Positions 52,972 through 61,353 of a DNA stretch of 64,000 bases are shown here, in pieces. The DNA lies in the NCBI GenBank assembly GCA_964466575.1, contig CAYXNP010000003.1:21543-85542 (forward strand), in the 5' to 3' direction. The translations under genes were made by a program, and so were the position numbers. Under the pieces are notes generated by a model. The model saw nothing but the letters and a program-made list of their open reading frames with translations, was not told the origin of the DNA and made no database searches. The stretch is from Candidatus Woesearchaeota archaeon (GTDB lineage Archaea > Nanobdellota > Nanobdellia > Pacearchaeales > GW2011-AR1). The stretch's first letter is position 1. Each line of letters starts with the position of its first letter.

Positions 52972-53115
52972 ATTACTATAAACTAAAATAGATTTATTAA
53001 TCTTTTTAATGGGGGAGTGTGGGAGTTAAAATCTCCCCGGAGACATTTATACTATCTTTCAGATTGCATAAATATTTGGGTTTAAATGAGGTTGGAATAA
53101 AAGTATATTTTCATA

Positions 53116-53331
53116 TTACCACATAGATAATAAATCATCTTCCGTTGGTTGTTGGATAACCTTACACTCTTTTATAAATCTCAAATTAATTTTATGCTCT
53201 AAGAAATTACCATGTTCATCTGTTATATAAAGAACTCTTCTTTCATAATCTATAACTCCAAAATAATTTCCAATCCAACCCTCTTCATCAGATAGTTGAA
53301 AAAGCTTTATATTTTCCATATAATTATGCAA
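53116..53331 (-). CDS. hypothetical small protein
   Basis: ORF only. Confidence 0.35.
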   Translation of the reverse strand: MHNYMENIKLFQLSDEEGWIGNYFGVIDYERRVLYITDEHGNFLEHKINLRFIKECKVIQQPTEDDLLSMW

Positions 53332-53469
53332 TAAAAGGACTTTATAAATATTTTTACCGACGGAAGAAATTATTAAATAATTTTTTACATTTATTTTTTT
53401 ATTTGGTTTTATCTAAACAAGTAGTCTATTATAGGAATGTTTTTATAGATAAAAATAATTCTTTTAAAT

Positions 53470-53988
53470 ATGATTAGATATAAGCGAGCAGGAAATGATG
53501 CGTTATTGGTTTTAATTCTTATAGTTATCGTTGGGGGCAGTATATTGTTTGCAACAGGAATTATCAATGTTGATACAAAAAAGATAACTGGAAAAGCTAT
53601 AGATGATATTAATAATGACAAGAAAATTGATGTTGCTAATTCTATTAATAAAAAATACGCCGAAGAAGAAAAATTAAAAGAAGATTTGGGTAAAGAAATG
53701 GTTGATATTACTTATGATCTTTTTCAATGTATTTTAGATTGCCCCTCAGAACAATTTGATGATGATATTATCTCTAAGGTATGTGTAGAAAGTTGTGAAA
53801 GTTATAGTGGAGAAGAAGGATTAAAAATCTTAAATAAATATAAACTTTCTGAAGAAAAATATAACAATCTTTTGGAGGATTTCCCGAATGAAAAAGAGGT
53901 AATTTACAAATCCTTATTAATATGTATGGATCAGTGTGATGAGCGTAATGGATGGAGAAGAAGTTGTATGGTTGGGTGTTTGGAATAA
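53470..53988 (+). CDS. Cys-rich secreted/anchored hypothetical protein
   Basis: N-terminal RAGNDALLVLILIVIVGG hydrophobic segment (possibly class III signal-like) and 8 Cys in the C-terminal half. Confidence 0.45.
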   Translation: MIRYKRAGNDALLVLILIVIVGGSILFATGIINVDTKKITGKAIDDINNDKKIDVANSINKKYAEEEKLKEDLGKEMVDITYDLFQCILDCPSEQFDDDIISKVCVESCESYSGEEGLKILNKYKLSEEKYNNLLEDFPNEKEVIYKSLLICMDQCDERNGWRRSCMVGCLE

Positions 53989-54159
53989 CTAAAAAAGGTA
54001 TATAGTAATAAATCCCAAAACAATCTAATTTTAAATGATAAACTAGTGAAAAGAGGCTAATCACCTAAAAGATATATTCCTCCACTAAAAATAGCAAATC
54101 CAATTTAAAAGTTTTGAGGTTTTAGTTAATCTTAAAAACATCTTTATCTTATTTAATTT

Positions 54160-54378
54160 ATGGTTGCAGAAGATTTAACCCTCATAATTCCAGCAGAATT
54201 AATTAGTAAAGCAGGAATATTAATTACTATTTTACAAGCCTTAGGGATCTTTGTCATTTTTTATATAATTTTCAGCATAATATCTATTATAATTGATAGA
54301 AAAAGAAAAAAAGAACTTATGGAGATGAATGAACACCTAATAGAAATAAAAGAGATTTTAAGAAGACAAAAAAGATAA
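54160..54378 (+). CDS. small membrane protein
   Basis: One long hydrophobic helix followed by a basic tail. Confidence 0.4.
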   Translation: MVAEDLTLIIPAELISKAGILITILQALGIFVIFYIIFSIISIIIDRKRKKELMEMNEHLIEIKEILRRQKR

Positions 54379-54389
54379 AATTAATTATT

Positions 54390-54557
54390 TATTCTAGAAA
54401 TAATCCTGTTGTATTTTCTGCCCAAACTTCTAATTGTCCAAACGTATTTTCTGTTGAACTCTCACTGAGGTCGTATACCTTATCTATTGGTTTATCATGA
54501 TATTCTCTTGGTTTGTTAGGATTTTCGTCAATTGGTGGTTTTTTTGGTTGATACATT
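54390..54557 (-). CDS. small hypothetical protein (55 aa)
   Basis: Hand-translated MYQPKKPPIDENPNKPREYHDKPIDKVYDL.., preceded by a strong AAGGAGG. Below the ORF-track cutoff. Confidence 0.4.
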
Positions 54558-54776
54558 TTTCCTCCTTACATTTTTATGTATTAAAGGCTAGGTTAATTAG
54601 GGCTTAGAATTCTTTTATTGTTTGATGAATAAAATGTGATAGAATTAAAAGCCCAGTATGTTAATACTTGGCTTTTGAAATCACAGATACGAATTTCTTA
54701 TAGGAACTAAAACTCATATGTGATTTACTCATGTTTTTTAGAAGAGGTTGGAGTTTAAATAATTTTTGGAAATGCA

Positions 54777-54909
54777 GGCTACATCCCAAATTAAGTTTTC
54801 TTGAGAGATTTTGTTTGTTATCATATGCCCACCCAAACTGCGTCCCACCCTAATACCAAACAAAATATCTGATTTAATTAAATTGATTTTTGTAATGTGG
54901 GATGTAGCC
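54777..54909. mobile_element. family D MITE (133 bp), second copy
   Basis: Same length, TIRs and core as 22138-22270. Confidence 0.8.
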
Positions 54910-54959
54910 GGAAATGCAATGTTCAATATACAACTTAACATTTGCGTTTGTTTCACTCG

Positions 54960-55260
54960 CGATATCATTAGCGGCTCGCGACCCCACTCGAACAAATTTT
55001 TGAGGCGACACTCATGAAATCGCTTGTCAAAACTGACTTCGTCAATGAAAACCACCAGCGGGTTTCTCAATTCGCAAGCCCACTCGCTTTTGGTTTTGAG
55101 GCGAAGCTCGTGAACATTGCTCACACTTCCTGCAACCAGACTTCGTCAAGTTTTTCGCTCAAAGAAATTGTTAATGTTAAAAACATCTTGAGTGTTGAGG
55201 ATTATTATTTTTGTGATTCACGAACGTTAGTGAGTGCTAATGTTAAATTGAAAGTTGACT
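54960..55260. repeat. mosaic repeat block: family A core (54975-55026), a degenerate A-like copy (about 55070-55125), a GACTTCGTCAAG..AAAGAAATTGTTAATG module and a CACGAACG..AGTGAGTGCTA module
   Basis: The modules recur at 32870-32960, 18190-18290, 38420-38470 and 20740-20770. Confidence 0.65.
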
Positions 55261-55278
55261 TAATAGAAAACTAAAGAA

Positions 55279-55456
55279 TCATTTGCTCAAAGTAATTTCT
55301 ATTGTAGAAACATTAACTTTTATTTTTTTTTGTTCTCGAATTCTTCGCTGTTAATTTTAATATCTTTTATTTTAAGGTTTTCTTTTTCAAGAAATCTTTT
55401 TCTAGCAACTTCTGCGACATCAACTGCACGAGTTATAAATTAAATTGTTTTACCTC
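55279..55456 (-). pseudogene. Alba (Sso10b-like) chromatin protein remnant: C-terminal half only, with in-frame stops and a frameshift in an A9 run
   Basis: The minus strand reads GKTI*FITRAVDVAEVARKRFLEKENLKIKDIKINSEEFENKKK*. A 1-nt frame change at the A9 run (55323-55331) restores ..IKVNVSTIEITLSK*. There is no room for the N-terminal half before S17e. Confidence 0.45.
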
Positions 55457-55502
55457 ACAGCTTGCTGTGGCTGGGTCGTTGATTTAGTCACTGAGTTCAA
55501 AA

Positions 55503-55682
55503 TTATTTTTTTTGTTTGTTGACTCTAGTTACATGACCAGCGATTTGATTTCTTAGTTTCTTGCTAGGCATTGTACGTCCAAGTATTATTTTGTTTTTCT
55601 CAAAATTATCATTAAATTCAATACCTTTCTCCGCAAGGATTTTTGCTGTTCTCTTAACGAGCTTTGATTTTATTTTTCCCAT
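55503..55682 (-). CDS. rps17e: 30S ribosomal protein S17e (59 aa, below the ORF-track cutoff)
   Basis: Hand-translated MGKIKSKLVKRTAKILAEKGIEFNDNFEKNKIILGRTMPSKKLRNQIAGHVTRV.. matches the eS17 pattern. Confidence 0.8.
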   Translation of the reverse strand: MGKIKSKLVKRTAKILAEKGIEFNDNFEKNKIILGRTMPSKKLRNQIAGHVTRVNKQKK

Positions 55683-55695
55683 AATTTTACCTAGA

Positions 55696-56676
55696 TTATA
55701 TCTTTAAAAATTTAACTATATTCAAATATTTAGTCAAATACGTTTCAGCTTTTTTATCAAGATTTCCATTTGAAATTAATAGGATCATTTTTCTGTTGGA
55801 TTGGCTTTTTTGTACAGCCATTGTTAAGTCGTTTTCAGTAACTTTCTTTTTGTCTTTAGCTATGACATAGAGTTCTATTTTTCCCAAATCAGAATTAATT
55901 CTTGCAAGACCTTCGAATTCTTTCTTTTTGAAAGATATTTCTTCGAGGAGTTCAATGTCTTTTGTTTCTAAGAACCTTAATATTTTTAATATGAATAATG
56001 ATTTTTGTTTTGGTTCTTTTTCCGGTGGGGGTTTTATGGTTATTAGGGGTTTTGGTTGGGCAGATGGAATAGGGGGTTTTGGTGATATCGCTTCTTTTTT
56101 TTGGGAAATTATTTTAAGTTGTTCTTCTGAAGGTTTGGCAACTTGAGTTTTCACTTCAATTTCTTTTTCTTTGAGTGGTTGTTGAATTATTGGGGGTTTA
56201 GTTTCAACTTCTTTCTCAATTTTTTCTTCTCTTTTTTTTGGTTTTTCAAAAAGTTGGATTACTTCTTGTTCTGAGACGGATAGATATCTCCAAAAAATAT
56301 CATTGTTATTTTTGAATGGAATTGCAAAATCGCGGAGTGCTCTTAATGCGACGCGGATTGCTGGTTGTTGTTCAGAATCTTTTAGGACTTTTTCTTTTCT
56401 TAGGAGTTCAAATGCCTCTCTTTCTTTTGAACCAAGATATTGTGAATACTTTTCAAGTTGATATTCGTGTCCTGGAACAAAATAAACCGGTGAACCTCCA
56501 ACTTTCATCGACGAGATCTTTATTTTTCTGTCAGAATATAATTCAGATAAGAAAGCTGAGGTGAATAACATGCTTAGGTTTATTTCTTTTGCGACATGGA
56601 CTGGGAGTGAAGGGCCCCTGCGTTTTAGAATGTAATATATTTTTTCTTTTAATAAAGAAGTGTCTTGTTGTGGCAT
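55696..56676 (-). CDS. tandem winged-helix protein with a Pro/Lys-rich linker and a C-terminal restriction-endonuclease-like (Mrr-cat-like) module; function unknown
   Basis: Two wHTH-like segments (aa 10-70 and 85-125). The C-terminus ..DLGKIELYVIAKDKKKVTENDLTMAVQKSQ..KMILLISNGNLDKKAETY resembles PD-(D/E)xK tails. Weak assignment. Confidence 0.55.
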   Translation of the reverse strand: MPQQDTSLLKEKIYYILKRRGPSLPVHVAKEINLSMLFTSAFLSELYSDRKIKISSMKVGGSPVYFVPGHEYQLEKYSQYLGSKEREAFELLRKEKVLKDSEQQPAIRVALRALRDFAIPFKNNNDIFWRYLSVSEQEVIQLFEKPKKREEKIEKEVETKPPIIQQPLKEKEIEVKTQVAKPSEEQLKIISQKKEAISPKPPIPSAQPKPLITIKPPPEKEPKQKSLFILKILRFLETKDIELLEEISFKKKEFEGLARINSDLGKIELYVIAKDKKKVTENDLTMAVQKSQSNRKMILLISNGNLDKKAETYLTKYLNIVKFLKI

Positions 56677-56856
56677 TAAAGAATAAAAAGGCGGGGAGTT
56701 ATAAATTTTGTTGTGGGGAAGATTGGAACTCGCAAGCTCGTTCTTATTAATAGGAGATGAAGGTTAATGTGAAGAGATTTAATTATAATTATTGAAGTGA
56801 TAAATGTTGAATCTGAATTAACTTTATTTTATGGCGAGTTTTAGACGAGCGTAATT

Positions 56857-57378
56857 TCAAGTTCTAACCCAATCAACTTCATAATAAGTTATTGAACCTT
56901 CTTCGTCGAGGATTGCGAGGAGAAGTTTCTTTTTTGTTGAATGTGCGACTCGATTTTTCGCTGAGAATTCGTGCCAGGATTGTTTGTTGTTTTCGTGGTC
57001 GACAAAACAAACCCATTTTGCGTGTTCATTTCCAGGACGTTTGCCTTTATTGTAAATCCTGAAATCCGCGCCGAATTTTAAGGCGGTTTTAACTATGTAG
57101 CCTTTTTCGCGAAGGTCCTTGAAGACAGGATATTTTAAAGGAAATTTTTTATCAATTCTTTTAAGTTTATTCATTAATTCTTTTTGTGATATTTGCTTGT
57201 TTCTTGAATCTAATACTTCAAGTTTTCCATTTTCTGTTAAGAACATTGTTTCAGATAAAGAGTAAATGATTTTGTCTCCTTTTTTTTCGCCGAACGCACT
57301 TTTTGTTAAAAGAGAGTGGGCGTTGCTATCATTGCTTGTAATGCTTTTTCCGACAAGGTATGCTTGTATTTTTTCCAT
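56857..57378 (-). CDS. endA: tRNA-splicing endonuclease (EndA)
   Basis: YPVFKDLREKGYIVKTALKFGADFRIYNKG...HAKW motif. The start is moved to ATG 57378. Confidence 0.85.
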   Translation of the reverse strand: MEKIQAYLVGKSITSNDSNAHSLLTKSAFGEKKGDKIIYSLSETMFLTENGKLEVLDSRNKQISQKELMNKLKRIDKKFPLKYPVFKDLREKGYIVKTALKFGADFRIYNKGKRPGNEHAKWVCFVDHENNKQSWHEFSAKNRVAHSTKKKLLLAILDEEGSITYYEVDWVRT

Positions 57379-57677
57379 TATTTGTATTTTTACATCAAGA
57401 TGCAGAAGCATCGATGTTTGCCAAACTTCGTTTAATTATAAATTAAGGAAAGAAAGATATTTAAAGTTTGACTTATATCTATTTGAGTAAAATGAATACT
57501 AACAATAATAAATTTTATATGGAATTTAACAAGTTGTTAGTTGGGATTCTCTCCTGCAAGATTTTGCAATAATTTTTGTCTGACCTTGCGTTATTAATTT
57601 TTAAGTAAGGTTGGACTCATTATTGACTATGTCGTCGGTTAGAGAATTCTATATAAAATTGTAAGGAGGAAAATAAA

Positions 57678-57911
57678 ATGGAAAAAACTGAAGGAAAAGA
57701 AACTTTAATTAGCGTTAGACGTCTTGAGACATGGGATGGATGCACGGACGAATTTGACGAAGGGGTTTATCATATTGGAGAACCAGTTGGAAGAGAAGTT
57801 GGAATTGTCGGTGTTTTGAATTTGTCTTGTCAATACAATGGAAGATTAGATATGCCTGTTGATGTTAAAAAAGATATTGAAAATTTTAAAAGTTACATAA
57901 ATAGACTTTAG
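57678..57911 (+). CDS. hypothetical small protein
   Basis: ORF preceded by AAGGAGG. Confidence 0.45.
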   Translation: MEKTEGKETLISVRRLETWDGCTDEFDEGVYHIGEPVGREVGIVGVLNLSCQYNGRLDMPVDVKKDIENFKSYINRL

Positions 57912-57960
57912 TTGGGGTTTGGTATATTTTTTAAATCTTATTTACTTGGAAGTATAGAAG

Positions 57961-60900
57961 ATGAAAAAAGCAAAGAAAGTTGTAAATGTAAAAGGAAAAG
58001 AAGATAAATTAGATTTTTCTAAAATTGAATCGAAATGGCAGAAGTCTTGGGAAGCTAAAAAAGTGTTTGAAGTGAAAGAATCTTCGAAGAAGAAATTTTA
58101 TATTTTGGATATGTTTCCTTATCCTTCTGGAGCGGGTTTGCATATGGGGCACGCTTTTGTTTTTTCGCTTGGAGATATTTATGCGAGATTCAAGAGGCTT
58201 CAAGGTTACAATGTTCTTTATCCGATTGGTTACGATTCTTTAGGTTTGCCTGCAGAGAATGCTGCAATAAAATCTAAAACTCCTCCGAAAAAGTATACAG
58301 AGGATTCTATAAAGAATTTTATGAAACAACAGAAAGCAATGGGGTGGAGTTATGATTGGAGCAGATTAGTGAATACCAGCGACGCTGAATATTATAAATG
58401 GGACCAATGGATTTTCTTGAAAATGCTGGAGAAAGGAATTGCTTATAGAAAAAAATCTGCGGTGAATTATTGCAGGAAGTGCGACACGGTTTTGGCGAAC
58501 GAGCAGGTTATTAATGGAAAGTGCTGGCGTCATGAAGATGTTAATGTTGAAATTAAACATCTTGAGCAGTGGTTTTTTAAGATTACAGATTATGCTGAGG
58601 AATTGTTAGATGGTTTGAATAAAATTGATTGGCCTGAGAAAGCTAAGAAGCTGCAAAAGAATTGGATTGGAAAATCTTACGGAACGGAAGTTGACTTTGA
58701 GATTGAAAATAATGGGAAGGAGAACAAGATTTCAAATGTTGTGATTGTCCATGGATGTCCCTCTAATGTAGAGAAGGCGATGAATGAAAAAACGAGAACT
58801 TATGATAAACATTGGATGCCTTGGCTGAAAAGAGAATTAGGTAAAAATGGAATTAAAACAGAAATTCCTTTAATGCAAACCCCTTGGAAACCTAATTATT
58901 TTGAATGGAAAAAAGAATTTGACAAATTAAATATAAATGAAAATACCATTTTGATTGGACATAGTTGTGGTGGAGCTTTTTTAGTGAGGTGGCTTGATGA
59001 AACAAAGAAAAGAATTAAGAAATTGATTTTAGTTTCTCCTGGGAAATCTGGAAGGGAAGGTAGAAAAGTTTTAACAGATTTTTATGGAAATAAAACTATA
59101 CATGGAATTGAGAGATTTGTGAAAGAACAAATAGTTGTTTATATTTCCGACGATGATATCCCTTATCATATTCCAAGTGCTTATGAATATCAAAAAGAAT
59201 TGAATGCAAGAGTTGTTCGTTTTGACAAGGGATATGGACATTTCACTATTGAAGGCATGGGGACTGAAGAATTTCCAGAATTGCTTGATGAAGTTTTAGG
59301 AAAAAAATCTTGGCCGATATTTACAACTCGCATCGATACAATTTATGGGGTTACTTTTATGGTTGTAAGCGCTCAGCATTCAAATTTGATGGAGATTGTA
59401 ACTGACAGACAGAAGAAAGAAGTTGAAAAGTTTTTAAAAAAAATTAAATCTGTTTCTGAAAAAGAAATGGATGAGCTTGAGAAAGAAGGAGTTTTTACTG
59501 GAAGCTACGCGATAAATCCTTTGACAAAAGACAAAGTTCCGATTTATGCGGGGAATTTTGTCGTCGCTGATTATGGCTCTGGAATGGTTATGGCTGTGCC
59601 TGGCCACGACCAAAGAGATTATGAGTTTGCTGTAAAATATAATTTACCTATTAAAAAAGTTATTGAGCCGCTTGATAGAGAATTCAATTTGAAAGATGAA
59701 GGAAGAGCGTTTGAAGGAAAAGGACGTTTGATTAATTCAAGGACATATAATAATCTGGACAGCGAAAACGCGAAAGAAAATATTACAAAAGATTTGCAAA
59801 AGAAAAGGATTGGCAGGAAGCAGATTCAGTTTCGGTTGAAGGATTGGCTTGTGTCGAGGCAGAGATATTGGGGGACGCCGATTCCAATTATTTATTGTGA
59901 TAAGTGCGGTATTGTCGCTGTTTCTGAAAAAGAGCTGCCTGTTAAACTTCCAGAAAAAGTAAAATTTGGCAAAGGGAATCCGATTGCGACTTCAAAATCT
60001 TTTGTTGAAGTTAAATGTCCAAAGTGTCATGGAAAGGCCAGAAGGGAAACAGATACGATGGACACTTTTGTTAATTCGTCTTGGTATTATTTGCGTTATG
60101 CAGATTCCAAAAATAAAAATAAAATCTTCGACGAGAAGAAAGCGAATTATTGGTGTCCAATTGACCAGTATATTGGCGGGCCAGAACATGTTACAATGCA
60201 TTTGATTTATATTAGGTTTTATACAAAGTTTTTGCGAGATCTCGGACTTTTAAAGTTTGACGAGCCTGCTTTGAAATATTTTACGCAAGGTTTAGTTTAT
60301 GGTTCAGACGGAGAAAAAATGTCAAAGTCTAAAGGAAATATTGTTGAACCTCTTGATATGATTAAGAAATATGGGGCTGATACCTTGAGATTGGCGCTCA
60401 TATCATTAGCATCGCCGGATAAGAATTTTTCTTGGGATGAAAAAATTGTTATAGGAAGCAATAAATTTTTGATTAATGTTTTTAATTATTTTTCAAAAGT
60501 TGAAAATGGAAAAACTTCTAAGAAAATTGAGAGCAAGTTGAATAAAGCAATAAAAGAAATTACTGATGATGTTGAAAATTTTAGGCATTATCTTGCGATT
60601 ATTAAAATAAAGCAATTGTTTAGTTATTTAGTTGATGAAAAAATCAGTAAAGACGATGCAGGCAAGTTTTTGAAACTTTTGCATATTTATTGCCCATTTA
60701 TTACAGAAGAGCTTTGGCATAATTTAGGTAATAAATCATTTATTAGTTTAGAGATTTGGCCAATTTGCGACGAGAAAAAGATAGATGAGAAACTTGAAAG
60801 ACAGGAGGAACAAATTGATAATTTAATTAGAGATGTGAATAATATTCTGAAGATTCTTGAGTCTAAGGGAGAAAAGAAAAATAGCGTTAAGGTTTTTGCG

Positions 60901-61053
60901 ATTCCGAATGAAGTTGATTTGTATAAGAGCGAAATCGAAATAATAAAAAAAAGAGTTAGTTTGGATGTTGAAGTTTTAGATGTTAAGGATGCGAAGAAGA
61001 TTGGCAAAGTGATTAAGGCGAAGCCGGGCAAGCCAGGAATTTATTTGGAGTGA
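57961..61053 (+). CDS. leuS: leucyl-tRNA synthetase (bacterial type) carrying an inserted alpha/beta serine-hydrolase domain
   Basis: HMGH, WIGKSYGTEVDF, TTRIDTIYGVTF, AVPGHDQRDYEF, RQRYWGTPIP and KMSKSKGN are collinear with bacterial LeuRS. Confidence 0.95.
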   Translation: MKKAKKVVNVKGKEDKLDFSKIESKWQKSWEAKKVFEVKESSKKKFYILDMFPYPSGAGLHMGHAFVFSLGDIYARFKRLQGYNVLYPIGYDSLGLPAENAAIKSKTPPKKYTEDSIKNFMKQQKAMGWSYDWSRLVNTSDAEYYKWDQWIFLKMLEKGIAYRKKSAVNYCRKCDTVLANEQVINGKCWRHEDVNVEIKHLEQWFFKITDYAEELLDGLNKIDWPEKAKKLQKNWIGKSYGTEVDFEIENNGKENKISNVVIVHGCPSNVEKAMNEKTRTYDKHWMPWLKRELGKNGIKTEIPLMQTPWKPNYFEWKKEFDKLNINENTILIGHSCGGAFLVRWLDETKKRIKKLILVSPGKSGREGRKVLTDFYGNKTIHGIERFVKEQIVVYISDDDIPYHIPSAYEYQKELNARVVRFDKGYGHFTIEGMGTEEFPELLDEVLGKKSWPIFTTRIDTIYGVTFMVVSAQHSNLMEIVTDRQKKEVEKFLKKIKSVSEKEMDELEKEGVFTGSYAINPLTKDKVPIYAGNFVVADYGSGMVMAVPGHDQRDYEFAVKYNLPIKKVIEPLDREFNLKDEGRAFEGKGRLINSRTYNNLDSENAKENITKDLQKKRIGRKQIQFRLKDWLVSRQRYWGTPIPIIYCDKCGIVAVSEKELPVKLPEKVKFGKGNPIATSKSFVEVKCPKCHGKARRETDTMDTFVNSSWYYLRYADSKNKNKIFDEKKANYWCPIDQYIGGPEHVTMHLIYIRFYTKFLRDLGLLKFDEPALKYFTQGLVYGSDGEKMSKSKGNIVEPLDMIKKYGADTLRLALISLASPDKNFSWDEKIVIGSNKFLINVFNYFSKVENGKTSKKIESKLNKAIKEITDDVENFRHYLAIIKIKQLFSYLVDEKISKDDAGKFLKLLHIYCPFITEELWHNLGNKSFISLEIWPICDEKKIDEKLERQEEQIDNLIRDVNNILKILESKGEKKNSVKVFAIPNEVDLYKSEIEIIKKRVSLDVEVLDVKDAKKIGKVIKAKPGKPGIYLE
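58735..59310 (+). other. RBBP9/YdeN-type serine-hydrolase domain inserted in-frame in LeuRS (about aa 259-450)
   Basis: VVIVHG, HWMPWLKREL, GHSCGG (GxSxG), LILVSPG, ISDDDIPY and GYGHF appear in the order typical of this family. Boundaries are approximate. Confidence 0.7.
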
Positions 61054-61088
61054 AACACCATTGGTTGCTTTCGCAACTTAGGAAAAAG

Positions 61089-61140
61089 AGTGAACTAGAT
61101 TTAATATTGATAATCGTGATAAGTGCCGAATTTAGATTAA
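61089..61140. repeat. family E repeat
   Basis: AGTGAACTAGATTTAATATTGATAATCGTGATAAG..AATTTAGATTAA lies just 3' of leuS. Confidence 0.5.
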
Positions 61141-61178
61141 CCTAATTTTTTAGGAGGGATTTTATTTGGAATGAATTT

Positions 61179-61309
61179 GCTCGCAAGTTCGTTATTCCCA
61201 CCGCCGCTCCCCCAACTCACGACCCCACTCATCCTCCATCGCTCACCCCCAAACGTGAAGTCGCTCGCCACCCACCCGAACGTTAGTTAATAAAACGAAC
61301 ATTGCTCGC
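61179..61309. mobile_element. MITE-like element with TIR GCAAGTTCGTT/AACGAACATTGC and a C-tract-rich family A-like core (61216-61267)
   Basis: The termini and core (CTCACGACCCCACTC..CGTGAAGTCGCTCG followed by CCACCCACCC) were read directly. Confidence 0.6.
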
Positions 61310-61353
61310 TTTTTTAGCAACAATTCTTAAAAACTATTCATCTATCGAATTTT

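Noticed and set aside
56940-56970. 16-nt identity (GATTTTTCGCTGAGAA) between endA and the family F repeats at 4830 and 9890
   Set aside because: The segment encodes ..EFSAKNRVAH.., which lies in a region that aligns with conserved EndA sequence. No additional repeat sequence flanks it. I treat it as coincidence or the ancient origin of a motif, not an insertion.
58735-59310. Intein as an explanation for the LeuRS insertion
   Set aside because: The insert does not begin with Cys/Ser or end with His-Asn followed by Cys/Ser/Thr. It has no Hint or homing-endonuclease blocks, and it matches an alpha/beta hydrolase motif order instead.
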